Translations under genes and position numbers: made by a program | Assembly (NCBI GenBank): GCA_013239625.1 | Contig: MU054220.1 | Location: 4,093,374 to 4,157,373 of the forward strand | Reading direction: 5' to 3' | DNA from: Lama guanicoe | Lineage: Eukaryota | DNA: 64,000 nucleotides | Notes under the pieces: generated by a model | What the model saw: the letters and a program-made list of their open reading frames with translations, nothing else | Databases searched by the model: none | What the model was told of the DNA's origin: nothing | Shown: positions 38,211-49,919 of the stretch, piece by piece | Layout of the letters: every line of letters begins with the position of its first letter | Numbering within the stretch: position 1 is the stretch's first letter

Positions 38211-38834
38211 GATGTATTCAGGTTGTTCAGAATTTTAAGTATTTAAATGAAGAGTTTCCAACTACCTTAGGGCTGAAATTTCATCATGGGGGCTACTCTG
38301 GCCTCCCACTCATTCTCACCACCCAAGGAGAGTGGCCCAGAAAGAGTGAAGAGTTGGGGAAACCAAGGCCCCCAGAGAGCACGTTGGCCTTGACCATGGG
38401 TGGAGCTGGGAGCCATACCCAGACATCCCGACTCTGCACAGGCGGGGGCCAGCAGGGAAAGGGCTCGTCTGATGTGGCCTAGGGTATTGTTCAGTCTGGA
38501 GTTTATGTTGTTTGGTGTTTTGTGTTTTCCTTGCTGTTGTTCTCCTTCTAATCCCAATAGCAGAGACAGGGGAACCCTGGGCAGTGGGAAGGCATTATTT
38601 GGAAACTGGAAGCTCTAAAAATTCCACCCCATGGCTGCCACGTCACTCTGACTTCTCCCTGGTGGAGACAGGGATGGTGTAGGGGACGGATCCTGGCTAG
38701 AAGCCTCCCGTGGAGGAGCCAATCTTCTTGCCCACCCACAAGAGCCTGACCAGGGGGCCAGATGTCTCCCAGGGTTTATCAATCATTAGTACATAAGTCA
38801 TCAGGATAGAAGGCACCTTCGCCAGCTCCCAGTC

Positions 38835-39100
38835 CAGCGTTTCCCAAAATGGGTTCTCCAGGAACCAATCTCCTAGGTATCAGCACGTGTTGTGTGGAGG
38901 TAACACACAGGGTCAAACGCATTTAAGAAAGGCTTACAGTCAAGTGTATTCTTTTTAAGTACAGGACTTCTCAGAACCTTAACTTTGCACAGGTAATATT
39001 GTGACTTCCAAGAAAGGGCCATGAGATGTTATTGATCAAAAATGTACTTAATTCGATTGATACAATGTGTGTGTGTGAAGATCGTCCAGTAGCCCTACTG
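38835..39100. mobile_element. hAT-Charlie non-autonomous element
   Basis: cagcgtttcccaaaatgggttc...caggacttctcagaacctt...attgtgacttccaaga; subfamily not resolved. Confidence 0.6.
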
Positions 39101-40289
39101 CTCTAGATGGAGCAAAGGTGCCATAAACATGTAGTTTATTTCTCTAAAGCTACTCTAAATTCCCTTATGAGCTTGTACTCAGTGGCTAGAAGAAAAGAAG
39201 GGGAGGAAGGAGGAAGTGAGAAAAGGAGAGTGGAGGAGAGGGAAGCTGGGCCTCATCTGGTCTAGTTTACAACTCCCTCCAATCCAATCACTTAAACAAT
39301 CTCTTAGCATCAATCCATTCTGTTTACTTGCTCTTTGATTCCTCCCCAGCTCTCCCTGCTCCTCCTCAGATAGTGACTGGGTGTTTGGGGAAGGGGCTTA
39401 TGTAACTTCATGGCAATGCAGTGGGGTGGACAATGGCTGCAGAGTCAGTCCCTTTGTGGATGGGCTGATGGATGTCCACCAAGGTCCCCTCCTGCTGGTG
39501 GCTGCTGCTGGCCTTTTTGGCCACTGGCCTCATGGTCAGAGCATCACTTAACATTCCCCTTGAATCCATTCACAGTTTATTAACATAAATACTTCTTTGG
39601 ATCTTGTCCTCGACATTAATATCCTCAAAATTGCAGGCATGAGGCATGTATTATTTTCTTCCAGGACCCATTTAAATCAATACGTAGCAATGATCTTAAG
39701 TTCACTCTTGTGAACCTTAAATCATCCCCAAATCATCTCCTGTATCACTAAGGATTCATCCTCCATCCTCAGGCCAGCACCAGTCTGGACCAGCCTCGGC
39801 ATTCTAGAAACATCAGTCAATTCGAAGTAGGCCTTGCAGTTCTTTCCATGAGGCCAGTGTCTCCTTAGGCACTTGCCCAACAGAACTACTGATCTGACCC
39901 CAAAACTCTACAGGGGCTGGTCAGCCTTAACTGAAGCATCTGCAGGGCTCGGGGTCAGGGGGATTGCATCGCACAGCATGTGGTGAAACTCACTTAAAAT
40001 CCTCTCTCCCCACCTGGCCCTCCTAGTCCCACTTCCTGGCAGGTGTCAAATCTTTTCCCCAATTCCACCCACTGCCCCCCAAAAAAGGCTCATTTTTTAA
40101 AAGTTAAATTTTTTGAAATCTCTCAGCCACACAGCTGCCCCTAGAAGGTTCCACACCTTTCCTGGGCAGCATTTCAACCTAGTTCTCCTCTCACCCACCT
40201 CCATCACACCCTAGCGTGTGCAGGAGCCCAGAGAAAGGGAACCCTTCTCGGAGGGTAAGGAAAGACGAGAGGATGGCAAATTCTTCTTT

Positions 40290-40410
40290 ATTTTCAAATC
40301 CTTGTCACTCAGGAGACTGAGGCCCAGAGGAGGTAACAGAGAAGCCCTGAGGTCGCCATAAATTGATGGCCAAGCTGGGGCTCGAACCCTGGTTGCCAGA
40401 CTCCAAGTCC
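40290..40410 (-). mobile_element. MIR fragment
   Basis: ggagactgaggcccagagg...ggggctcgaaccctggttgccagactcca. Confidence 0.7.
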
Positions 40411-41286
40411 ATTTTCCCCGGTGGAGGCAGGGAGCCCAGCCCCAGCCCCGGCTGCAGGGAGAACCTGGGCTTTCCTCTCCAGGAAATGAAATGACCTCCT
40501 TTCTTTCCCCCACCCCGGTCCCTGCCTGAGCTCCACTCTAAGCCCCCCACCATAAGAAACAGGATTTACAAGCCAGCTGCTATAATCCCTTTAAAATGAG
40601 GTTTGGGGACTATAGGGACTCTTTGGGCGTTTCATTTTTTCAAAACAATATTCCTGGCTCAAAAGCTAAGATTTCACCGCTCTCGGGGGAGTCAGCACAA
40701 AGACTGGCCAGGGTGGCCCAGGGCCCGGGGCTCCCTTTCGGGGGCCAGAGGACACCCCCTGCATTTCTCCCAGGGCTCCCGGGGCAGGCTTGGTAGGAGT
40801 AGGTGTTACTGCTCAGTAGGAATCCAGACAGCTCCTTCCTGTACCTGCCACCTGATTGCAACAGTATCTCCCCCACCCCCAAAAAGCTCTCCCTTCCAGG
40901 CTTAAAAATGAAGCTTCAAATGCCAAGCACCCCCTCTCCCCAGCAAGGCGGCTCACATACTGAAATTAATTCCAAGGTGTTAATAACTGATAGCTCATCC
41001 TTCCTGAGAGAGTCCGTCTTGATGGGGGCAAGGGAGGCATGAGAACCCCCTAAAGATGTGATGGAAATTCAAATAACAAGAAGATGGGGAGAAATGGAGA
41101 GGGAGTAAATGGGGTGGAGGAAGGCTGTCCAAGACAAACACTGTAAAATGTTCCCTCCACAGAATTTGAAGCCCCTGGCTCCAGTGGTTTGTGACTTGGG
41201 GCAAGTCGCTTCGACTGAGCAGTATTTTGGGGACCAGGCCTCTGCCGGCCAAGCCACCCCACTGGATAGCTATTATAATGTGCCAC

Positions 41287-41388
41287 TAAAGTGACTAATT
41301 TGTCCCAGTTTGCCCAGGACTTTCTGGTTGTTGTGCATCCCAGGGCAGCCCCTTAGTCGCAAGCAAATGGGAGGAGATGGTTGCCCTA
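41287..41388. mobile_element. MER94/MER81-like hAT-Blackjack MITE
   Basis: gtgactaatttgtcccagtttgcccaggact...gatggttgcccta. Confidence 0.7.
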
Positions 41389-41584
41389 AGCCACAGCCGC
41401 CTTCACTCTGGCGCCGCCCTTCTGTCCCAGCTAAGAGCTCAACACAGCCTCTGCACAGCTGATTCAGCAGGTTTGGGGTGAAGCTCAGGGCTGTGCATTC
41501 TTATCAAGCTTCCGTACCAGAGGTTCTTATCACCAGGCACCTGGAGAAGCACTGATTTGAAGGAGCCTCTAGCAAAACACTGAA

Positions 41585-41800
41585 AAATTACTGCCTTTTA
41601 TAGAGCAATGCCTGTGCCCAGCGCCAGGCTGAGTCCTGTTCTCCTCTGTGCCAGCCCCCAGCCCCCTGTGAGGTAGACATGGTTATCCCTACTTTACAGA
41701 TGGGAAAACTGAGGCTCTGAGAGATTAAGTGACCTGCCCAAGGTCGCAGAGCTGGGATTAGTGTCCACTCTCGGGTCTTTCTTATTCTGCAGCCAATGTT
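41585..41800 (-). mobile_element. MIR
   Basis: tttacagatgggaaaactgaggctctgagagattaagtgacctgcccaaggtcgcagagc. Confidence 0.85.
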
Positions 41801-41825
41801 CTTATTTTCAGGGTATAAAGTAAAG

Positions 41826-42036
41826 CAGGAATCAGCAAGCTTCTTTCTGTAAATATTTTCCAGTTTTGTGGACCATCAGTTCTCTGTTGCAACCACTCCC
41901 CTCTGTGGTTCTGGTGTGAAAGGAGCTGTGGACAATACATACGGGAGTGGACGTGGCTGTGTTCCAATAAAATTTTATTTATAAAAACAGGCAGCAGGTG
42001 GGATTTGGCCCGCAGGCTATAGTTTGCTGAGCCCTG
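41826..42036 (+). mobile_element. MER58A (hAT-Charlie)
   Basis: caggaatcagcaagcttctttctgtaaa...ggctgtgttccaataaaattttattt...ggcccgcaggctatagtttgctgagccctg. Confidence 0.9.
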
Positions 42037-42989
42037 GGGAAAGCACGATCATAAGCTCCCCTGCACCATCACCCCCGCCACAGAGGGTACCAAGAGCAAG
42101 AACATGAAGGTGACTCCAGGTTGCCCGGAGCCCTGAAGGTTTCCTTCTCTGAAGGGTTTAGATCCATCCCCTGGGGGCAGATGCACAAATGTGCATGTCT
42201 TTCTGAGGGGCCCACTTCACTAGAGGGATCAGGCAGTCCTCAGGCCAGAGACAGCTCTCTTGGCCTACGGAGTAGCCCGTGCTGTGCTCCTGGTGCACCG
42301 CAAACCCAGAGAGGCTGGATTCCAGGACAGAGACACCCCAACGATGCAAAAACCCAAGAGACAGCAAACCCCCACAAAAGCCACAGTTGCTACCTACAGG
42401 GGCGGTCTAGGGGAGCTAGCCTGGTTGTCCTCATCTCAGAGGAGAAAGGCTGAGCCTCAGGAGCCCGCTGCCTCCCCCTGTTTATACCCTGGGCTGTAGC
42501 AGCTGGGGGTCTGATGGCCGAGAAGCTGTCACACAGTCCATGCGCGGTACCAATCAGTGGGACCTTTCCACCATCACTGTCGCCTTAAACCACCTGCTAA
42601 TGTGCAGCCGTGGTGGGTAGCGGGGTCCTGTAGCTTTAATCAGCCTGCTTTGTCTTCATCTTTCGCAGAGGGAAGTGAGCAAGGGGGCTGGTGGAGGGCA
42701 ATTTGGCCCTCAGGTCCTGGGCCCCACTGGGGAGGGTCCCTGGTCCTTCTAGGACTCATCGTCCACCTCCTTTTATCTCCAGGGCATCCTGTGGGCTGCC
42801 CCGTGGGCACTGATGCCGACTCCCAGGAGGCACTGGGGCCGGAGGAGAGCATTCATCACACCTGCCACCCACCCCACCCACTCTTTCCTTCCTCGCCGCT
42901 TTGAAGAGGCCTCACCAAAAGGCCGGTGGAGATGAGTAGCTGAGGCAGTGAGGGCCGCTGGGCCTGGCGGGGCACTGCGCATCCGGGTC

Positions 42990-43300
42990 CCTGTGCGAGT
43001 GAGATGTGTTGGTTGCTCTATCTGTATGTCCAGGTAAGTGAGCACATGTGCTTGTGTGTGTGGTGTGTGTGTGGTTTGTATGTGGATACGTTGGGTGTGG
43101 AGACATCCGTGTCTGCTGGGTGTGTGAACCAGCTCCTGATGCCTGTGTGACAATGCATGTCACATAGGGGGTATGCCTGGGGCATGTGCACCTTTGTGTA
43201 TCCGGATGTGTCTGAGCACCTTATCTGAGTGTGTCTGCGTATGAATATGAAGTGTGTGTGTGTGACAGACAGAGAGAGACAGAGGTGCCTGTGTGTTCAC
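42990..43300. repeat. Degenerate TG-rich low-complexity tract
   Basis: Dense gtgtgt / atgtgt motifs. Confidence 0.75.
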
Positions 43301-43479
43301 CCTCAGAGAAGCTATGACTTTGAAATGATTAGGTTCTGACTCATAACCCATGGGCATCCAGTCTTACCTTGCAGACCTCCTGGCTCATTCACAAAGATGG
43401 GAGGAGAGCATCGTCTCAGCCACAGGCCTTCCAAGTACTTCATGTTGTACCTCGTTTCAGCCCCCAAATGTCCTGGGAG

Positions 43480-43985
43480 TACAGTGATTGAATCCACAGT
43501 CCCAGTTGATGGCCTCCTGAATCTGTGCCCTTTGCAACATAACTGCGTCAATTCCCGTGCAAAGGTGAAATCTGTTTCACCTCCCCTGGGACTCTCACCT
43601 TGGCCCACAGAATGGGGCAGAAGTGACATAGTGGCAGCTCCAGGCTGAGGCCCTAGGGGGCCTGGTAGCTTGCACTTGCTCATGTGGAGCTCGGCTGCCA
43701 CCAGGCGGGGAAGATGCCTGGGCCAGCCTGCTGGGGGAGACAGGCGTGTCTCTGTGCATGTGCCGTGCCAGGTGGCCTGGGCACTGTCTTCATGCATGTG
43801 CACCTGTAGCGAAGTACCTGAAGGCCGCTGAGGCCATCCCAGACCAGCCCGCAGTCAGCGGACCCCTGAGTATGTGAAGACCCGCCAGGATGAGCAGAGC
43901 TGCCTGCCCAGCAGAATGTAGACTCGTGAGCAGGAGTCGATGCCGGTTGCCTTCAGCCGCTCGGCCGTGGGGCGTTAGCTACTAA
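43480..43985 (+). mobile_element. MaLR LTR, MLT1H-like
   Basis: ccctttgcaacataact...aaggtgaaatctgtttcacctcccct...cagaatggggcagaagtgaca...gaggccatcccagaccagcc. Confidence 0.7.
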
Positions 43986-44120
43986 GGAAGGGGACTCAGT
44001 ATTCTCCCCATTCCCCAGATGAGACAATTAAGAATAAGTAAAAACTTCCCAAGTTCTCGTAGTCTATATGTAAACAAGGGAAGGATTCAAACCTACCTAG
44101 TCTGGTCCAGGGTTCTGGAG

Positions 44121-44489
44121 TGTCTCAGCCGGCCCAGGCTGCCAAGTAAAATTCCACAGGCTGAGGGGCTTACACAACAGAGATTTAGATCCTCGCAGTG
44201 CTTGGAGGCTAGATGTTGAAGATCAAAGTGCCATCAGGGCTGCTTTCTGGCGAAGCTCTGCCTTCCCACTGTCCTCACGTGATCTTCCCTCTGCCTGGAT
44301 GGAGAGAGAGAGAGAGATCTCTGGTGTCATTTCCTCTTCTTATAAGGGCACCAGCCCTATCGGATTAGGGCCCCACATTGATAACCTCAATTAACCTTAA
44401 GGCCTTGTCTCCAAATTCAGTCACTCTGGAGGTTAGGGCTTCCAAATACGAATTTGGGGGTAGGGTGGGGTACAGTCCAGTCCAGAACA
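44121..44489 (-). mobile_element. MaLR solo LTR, MLT1A/B-like
   Basis: ggcttacacaacagagattt...tcttcttataagggcaccagccctatcggattagggcccca...gttagggcttccaaatacgaatttggggg. Confidence 0.9.
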
Positions 44490-44829
44490 CAGAGTGACCC
44501 TCTTTAGCAGGCCACCGACAAAGCCACAGCACAGGCCACAAGTAGGGATAATGACCTCCATCTTACCAGGTGAGGGACCTGAAGGTCCCAGAACTCAGCT
44601 CTGGGCTGCCATGCGGGCGGGAACACAGCGAGGGTGGCCTGGCCTGTGCGCTCACAGCAGCCATGCCAGCCCCAGCGTAGACCCTCCCGCTCTTGTTTCT
44701 CCGCCAGCAGGGAACTCCTGGAGGACAGGGGCTGCCTACCCGACCCTCCACCCTTGTGTTTTTGTGCTTGGCAGGAGCCTGGCCTGGGTAGAAAGGGAGG
44801 GAGAGGAAGGTTTGACCTAGAACCTTCGC

Positions 44830-45050
44830 TGCACCTTGGTCTTCCCCGGGGCATGTGCTTCACTATTTCCCAGGGCTTCCCTGGTCTCCTAGGTGCCCTT
44901 GGTAATCAACCTGATAAGTCACCCTGTACCAGCTTCCCTCTCGCTCCCCAACTCCTTTGTCGGGGCTTCCTGGGATCAACCCCCACAGAAAACCATTGTA
45001 GTGGACTCCTCACCCCTGGGACAGCCTCTAGGGGAATGTACACTTAGAGA
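44830..45050 (+). mobile_element. ERVL LTR16-like 3' fragment
   Basis: gcttcctgggatcaacccccacagaaaaccattgta...gcctctaggggaatgtacacttagagac. Confidence 0.55.
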
Positions 45051-45619
45051 CTTCCTGTCCTCCCTGGAAAGGACATCTTCTCTCTCCTGATAGCCTGGGG
45101 CAGGAGCTGGGTCAGACTGTGATGTCTGAACTGATTCAGAGAGCGCCAGGGCCAGGGTTGGGGGAGGGGGGCACCAACACATCATCTAGAATCTCCAGAG
45201 AGACTGACTTCTGCCCACCCCCTTGACCAAGGCTGGAGCCCCCCAGTCTGGGGGCAGCTTCATCTTCAGCCTGGGTCATCTCTCACATCGGGGTGTCCCC
45301 CGGGTGGGCACACTCGTGGCCCGAGCACAGCCAGGGAACAAGCAGGACCACTGACCGTGCCAGAGGCCTTGCTTCCAGAGACTTTCCTTTGCGTGTTGAG
45401 TGGCTCATCCGCAGGCCCATAAACAAGACCACATCTGGGCAAGCACCTCTCTTGACCTGTCTTGGTCCTGCCAGACAACAGGGCCTAGGGTTGCTCTCTC
45501 TGAAGGGGAAGTTCCAGCGTCCACTTGCTCCTCTCTCCTCCTGGAGACCATCACCCAACAAGCAAGAACTGTCCTATCTTAGGAAACCCCTCAAAATCAG
45601 CAAAATGCTATGAATGTGC

Positions 45620-46060
45620 TGACCCCGCGCCCTCAGCTGGCCCGGCCCTCAGCAGAGTCTGCGTCCGGGAGCATCTCCTTTCTGTGATGGCTGGATTTTC
45701 CCAGCTCTGCCAGGGATGGCCAGTAGTTTTCTCGTAAATCAGCTTCTCAGACCATGTCCTTTTTTAACATCATAAATTTTTAAATGTTCTTTTATTTAAA
45801 AAAAAAAGGAGGGGTTGAATAAAAACGGGAAAAAACGAGCAACTATAAACAAAACATAAAAGTTGTTTAATGGACGGCATAATGAGGCCGCCAGGAAACA
45901 GCCTGGCATTGATTTTCTCTGACATTTCACCTATTAAATTATGAGCTTCTTAAGGAAGAGCTCAGATTTTTTTTTTCTTCTTCAGTCCATTAAGATTCTT
46001 TAATGAAGAACAAAGCTGCTATTGTCTGAGCTCTACATGGGCCCAAGTTCCCTGACAGGC
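45620..46060. promoter_or_regulatory. Candidate enhancer (PBX-HOX / HOX / SOX motif cluster)
   Basis: TCGTAAATCA (TGATTTACGA on the minus strand) 45732-45741, CATAAA twice, TTTAATGG, TTTAATGA, AACAAAG and CTATTGT; repeat-free. Confidence 0.55.
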
Positions 46061-47329
46061 AAACGGTGGTGCTTGGAGAGTGAGTGGGCCCTGAGGTACC
46101 AGATGCCTCCTGATTTGGGGACCTGGTAGGGAAATCCTGGCCAGGACCTAACCCTGTAAGCCTCTCCTTAAGGGTCTGATGGGCTGTGTGTCTCTGAAGT
46201 CAGGGTCAGGAGCCCAGAAATGTGGGGGGATTTTTTTGGGGTGGGGTTGCCATGAGAACATGGAAAGATCTAGAGCAAACCAAATGCTTTCAGGAAAGTC
46301 TAGGCTAGTCGGCCAAAATGCAGGGTCCTGAAATATAATTCACCAATCCTGGTACTAACCCTGTCTGGGAGGCAGCAAACTCCTCATTTAACAGATGAGG
46401 AAACAGGTTCTGCAACGTTAAGTGAGTTGCCTCAGGTCAAACCTTGTGTTTAATTGGCAAAGGCAAGATTCTCTCTGTATTCCAGATGTTTCCAAAGCCC
46501 ACTATCTTTTCATTGCGCTCACCGCCCACATCTGCATGGTCCCAGAGAGCAGCAGGGCAGCGTGAGAATCGGAGCCATGCCGCAAGGAGGAGGCAGCCAC
46601 AGCCCCCCAGTCCTAATCATTCTCCCCGTTGGAAGGGCCCAAACCCACTTCCTTTCATACTTAATGCTCCCTTCTCTCCGTCCCTCATTTCCCTTATAAA
46701 TCTTGTTCTCAGCGCCTTCATTCACAGAGAGGTGTTAATAGTTATTAACTGCTTAAAGCTGAACCCCTCCCAGGAGTATTTATATTTTAGAGAGGATGAA
46801 AGTCTAAAACTGAAGGCACAGAGCCCTGATAGGGCACTACAAGAGTGTGGTAGGCTTGGGAAGAGACAACGTCAAGGCTTTTTTGGCTGCTGGAAAAAAC
46901 ACCATGAGTCTCTTGTGTAGGTTAGTCTGGGAGTGTGAGCCAAGGATGGTTATGGATTCCGGAAAGTGTAGCCTACATTAAGTCTCTTGAGCCATTCTGG
47001 CCCAAGCTTGGCATGACTTTGACACATGACTGACCAGTGGGGAGGAGCATACCTAGGCTCATGGCCTCCAGCAAACCTGCTTTTCCCACCCCTAATATAT
47101 AACCTCAACAGTATGTAGAGCCAGTGGGCTAGGATCACTCAGATATTTTACCCACCCAAAGACGGGAAGATGGTCCTTCCTATAATCCAGGAACCAAAGC
47201 TTTGCCACTTCTCTCTTAAAAGAACCTCACCTGGACCAATAACCCCCAATAACCTCCAGACAAGTTAGAGCTGCCACATGCCAGCCCCAGTGCCAGACAC
47301 ACCACTCGCCTGATAACATAGATAACGCT

Positions 47330-47445
47330 GTTGCCATTTATTCTTGACTTATAAATGGGGAATCTGAACCACAGAGAGGTAAAAGAACTGCCCAAGGTCA
47401 CACAGCCAGAGCTGGGATCTTTTTCTAGTTCTGTGTGATCTGTAA
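47330..47445 (-). mobile_element. MIR
   Basis: cacagagaggtaaaagaactgcccaaggtcacacagcca. Confidence 0.8.
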
Positions 47446-47569
47446 CCTCAGACTTCTCCAGGAGCAGCAAGAAGGCAGACTTTCTGCTTATCTGAGTCCG
47501 CCCCTTGAGACAAATCTTCAGTCAAGAGAAAGCGCCCCCCACCCCACTCTTCACTGTGGGCACCTGCTG

Positions 47570-47960
47570 TTTTCAGCATCCCGGTTCCATTTTCCACTGT
47601 GGTAACAGCACTGCAATCTCGCCTTGTCATTCTCTGGCCTCTAAGGTGGCCACATGACCCAGGCTGGCCAATCAGGTGCCTTCATCTTCCCAGGCCACAA
47701 TGATTGGTTCAGGAAAGGTCATGAGACAATTCGGGCCAATGAGAGTCAGGTCTGACACACTGCTGGACTACCTGGGCAGGAGGCATGCTCTTCTGCTGGG
47801 TTTGCTAAGCTGCCAGGACAGAGAGCCTAGAGCTGGCCACCTTCATACTATTTAGGAATAAAGCAAAACAGAGGAAACCAGAGGCAAGAAGACAGAGAGA
47901 GATAAATTCCTGATGATATGATTAGAACCCTGGGTAGGCTGCCCCCTGGGATTAGATTCA
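47570..47960 (+). mobile_element. MaLR LTR, MLT1K-like
   Basis: cacatgacccaggctggccaatca...tgattggttcagg...ggccaatgagagtc. Confidence 0.75.
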
Positions 47961-48008
47961 TTAGCCTGAATCAATGGTATCCTCACACTTACCTTCCCCT
48001 GACCTACC

Positions 48009-48187
48009 TAGTGTTGCCAGATAAAATATAGGAAATTTGAATTTCAGATAAACAACAAATAATTTTTTGTATATCCCAGATAGTGTGGGAGACATACTTA
48101 TACTAAAAATACAAAAACTGTTGATTACCTGAAATTCAAATTTAACTGGGAATCTTGTGTTTTTATTTGCTAAATCTCACAAACCCT
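48009..48187. mobile_element. MER53 palindromic hAT MITE
   Basis: tagtgttgccagataaaata...aaatttgaatttcagataaacaac...gacatacttatactaaaa...ctgaaattcaaatttaactggg. Confidence 0.9.
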
Positions 48188-48399
48188 CCCTGACCTCACA
48201 GGTAATAGTGCACTGTGGGAGGCCCCACACAGGCCATCTCCTGTCAAGGCCACCCTAGGGCTCAGGGACCATCTGATGTCCTCTGTCCCCCTGCCCCATG
48301 CCAGCCTTTCCTGAGCAAAGCTCCTGGAGATCTTCTCTCTTCCCTCTTTCTCCCTCCACATAAGGATTATCAATAATTTGTTCAGTCCAGAGACAGATA

Positions 48400-48540
48400 T
48401 TTATTACCCTCCTTTCACAGATGAGGAAACTGAGGGTCAGAGAGGTTAACAGTTTGACAATTACAAGTAAATGGCAGAGTCCAAGTACAGAGTAAGTGGC
48501 AGAATTCTATCACTGGCACTGAGCCCAGTGATCTGCCCAT
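48400..48540 (-). mobile_element. MIR
   Basis: cacagatgaggaaactgagggtcagagaggttaa. Confidence 0.8.
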
Positions 48541-48899
48541 TACATCATGGCTGCCCGAGATCTTGGCCAAGACCTTGACACTTCTACCCTAACTCCATTA
48601 TATTCATCGTCCACAGACACCTTAGCCCCAACAGGAAGCTCCCAGTGCTCTCTTCAGGCCAGGGACATGATGGGTCCTTACCTGGACCATGGTAAGGACA
48701 CTGGGCTGAAACAGACTTTGCTTTTTAGCACTAGGGTGACACAAGGCCAATCACTTCCAGGGGGAGTAGGGAGGGAAAATTCTTCTTCATCTGCAGGAGC
48801 CCTCTGTCTATTAGGGCATCCTCACCACATTCCAAAACTCATAGGGAACAATCTCAGTGCCCTGCCTATCCCCAGATGACAGGGGAGGGCACAGGATCC

Positions 48900-49245
48900 A
48901 CCATCTACAAACCATGGAACTCCACCCTCCAGTCCACTGTGATTGGTCCAATAATTGGGCACGTGGTCCAGGCTGGGAAAATCAGAGTCCCTTCATGAGG
49001 TTTGCTGAATGGATGCTGGCTGAGATCTCTATCAGTATCTCCTCCCCAGGATCCCAAGCTGTCATCACCATGCATGACTCAGGCCTCCGGTGGGTATCTT
49101 CTCTACCGCAGAGAGAAATCTTACCCAAGAATGAAACCACACAAAGGAAAGCAGAGGCAAGAGGTGAAAGAGACAAAAACAGAGTGCCTCTGGATCCAGC
49201 CATGCCTGAAGCCAGTGACCCCTGGAATTCTTGGTTACAGGTAAG
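48900..49245 (+). mobile_element. MaLR LTR, MLT1K/L-like
   Basis: ccactgtgattggtcca...gaatgaaaccacacaaaggaaagcagag...tggatccagccatgcctgaagcca. Confidence 0.75.
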
Positions 49246-49919
49246 CAGGACAGTATATACATGGCCTCTGAAACCCAGACCTTAGGATATCTAAGTCAGA
49301 GGCAAGGAATATCAGGACTTGACTGCTGTGTGGGGAAATTTTTTCAAATAGAATTAGAAAATCTTAATTTTCAGAAGACCATTTTTTTTCACTTCTCCAG
49401 CTGTGAATTTTGTGAAAAGCCGGAGGGCGGGGTTGTGTATTTTTTTAAATTCTGCTGCTGCTTTTCCCCAGCGTGGAGACATTCTGAAAGGCAATATTGA
49501 GGTAGTTAGGGGTCTAGGGACTGGAGATGAAGGAGAGAGCTACTCCAGGAAGAAAGGGGGGTGCCATCCCCCTGGTGCGCCTGCTGCAGGCTGGGCTGAG
49601 CAGAATGCATGAAGGAGACCCCTGCAGGGGGAACCACGCCAGTGCCCTCTTAAGCTCCCTTCAAATCCTTCTCTCAGGAAAGATTGGATCCCCATTTTCA
49701 GCAATTTGGGTTTAAAATTATTTTCATTAATGTTAAATATATTAAAAATATTTTCACCAGTTTGGATTAAAATGCAGCAACCCAACTCTCCCCTTCCCCA
49801 GGTTTCCAGTCTGATCTCCAGCTATAATAAAAGTGTTGGCACCTGGAAAAACCATATCAAGCCTCAGATTTGACTGTGGGATTGGTTCTTTCAGATGAAG
49901 AAAACCTTCCTCTGGAGTC

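Noticed and set aside
49460..49506. Possible micro-exon (ttttccccag...gag/gtagtt)
   Set aside because: Weak donor site, no partner exons and no recognisable peptide.
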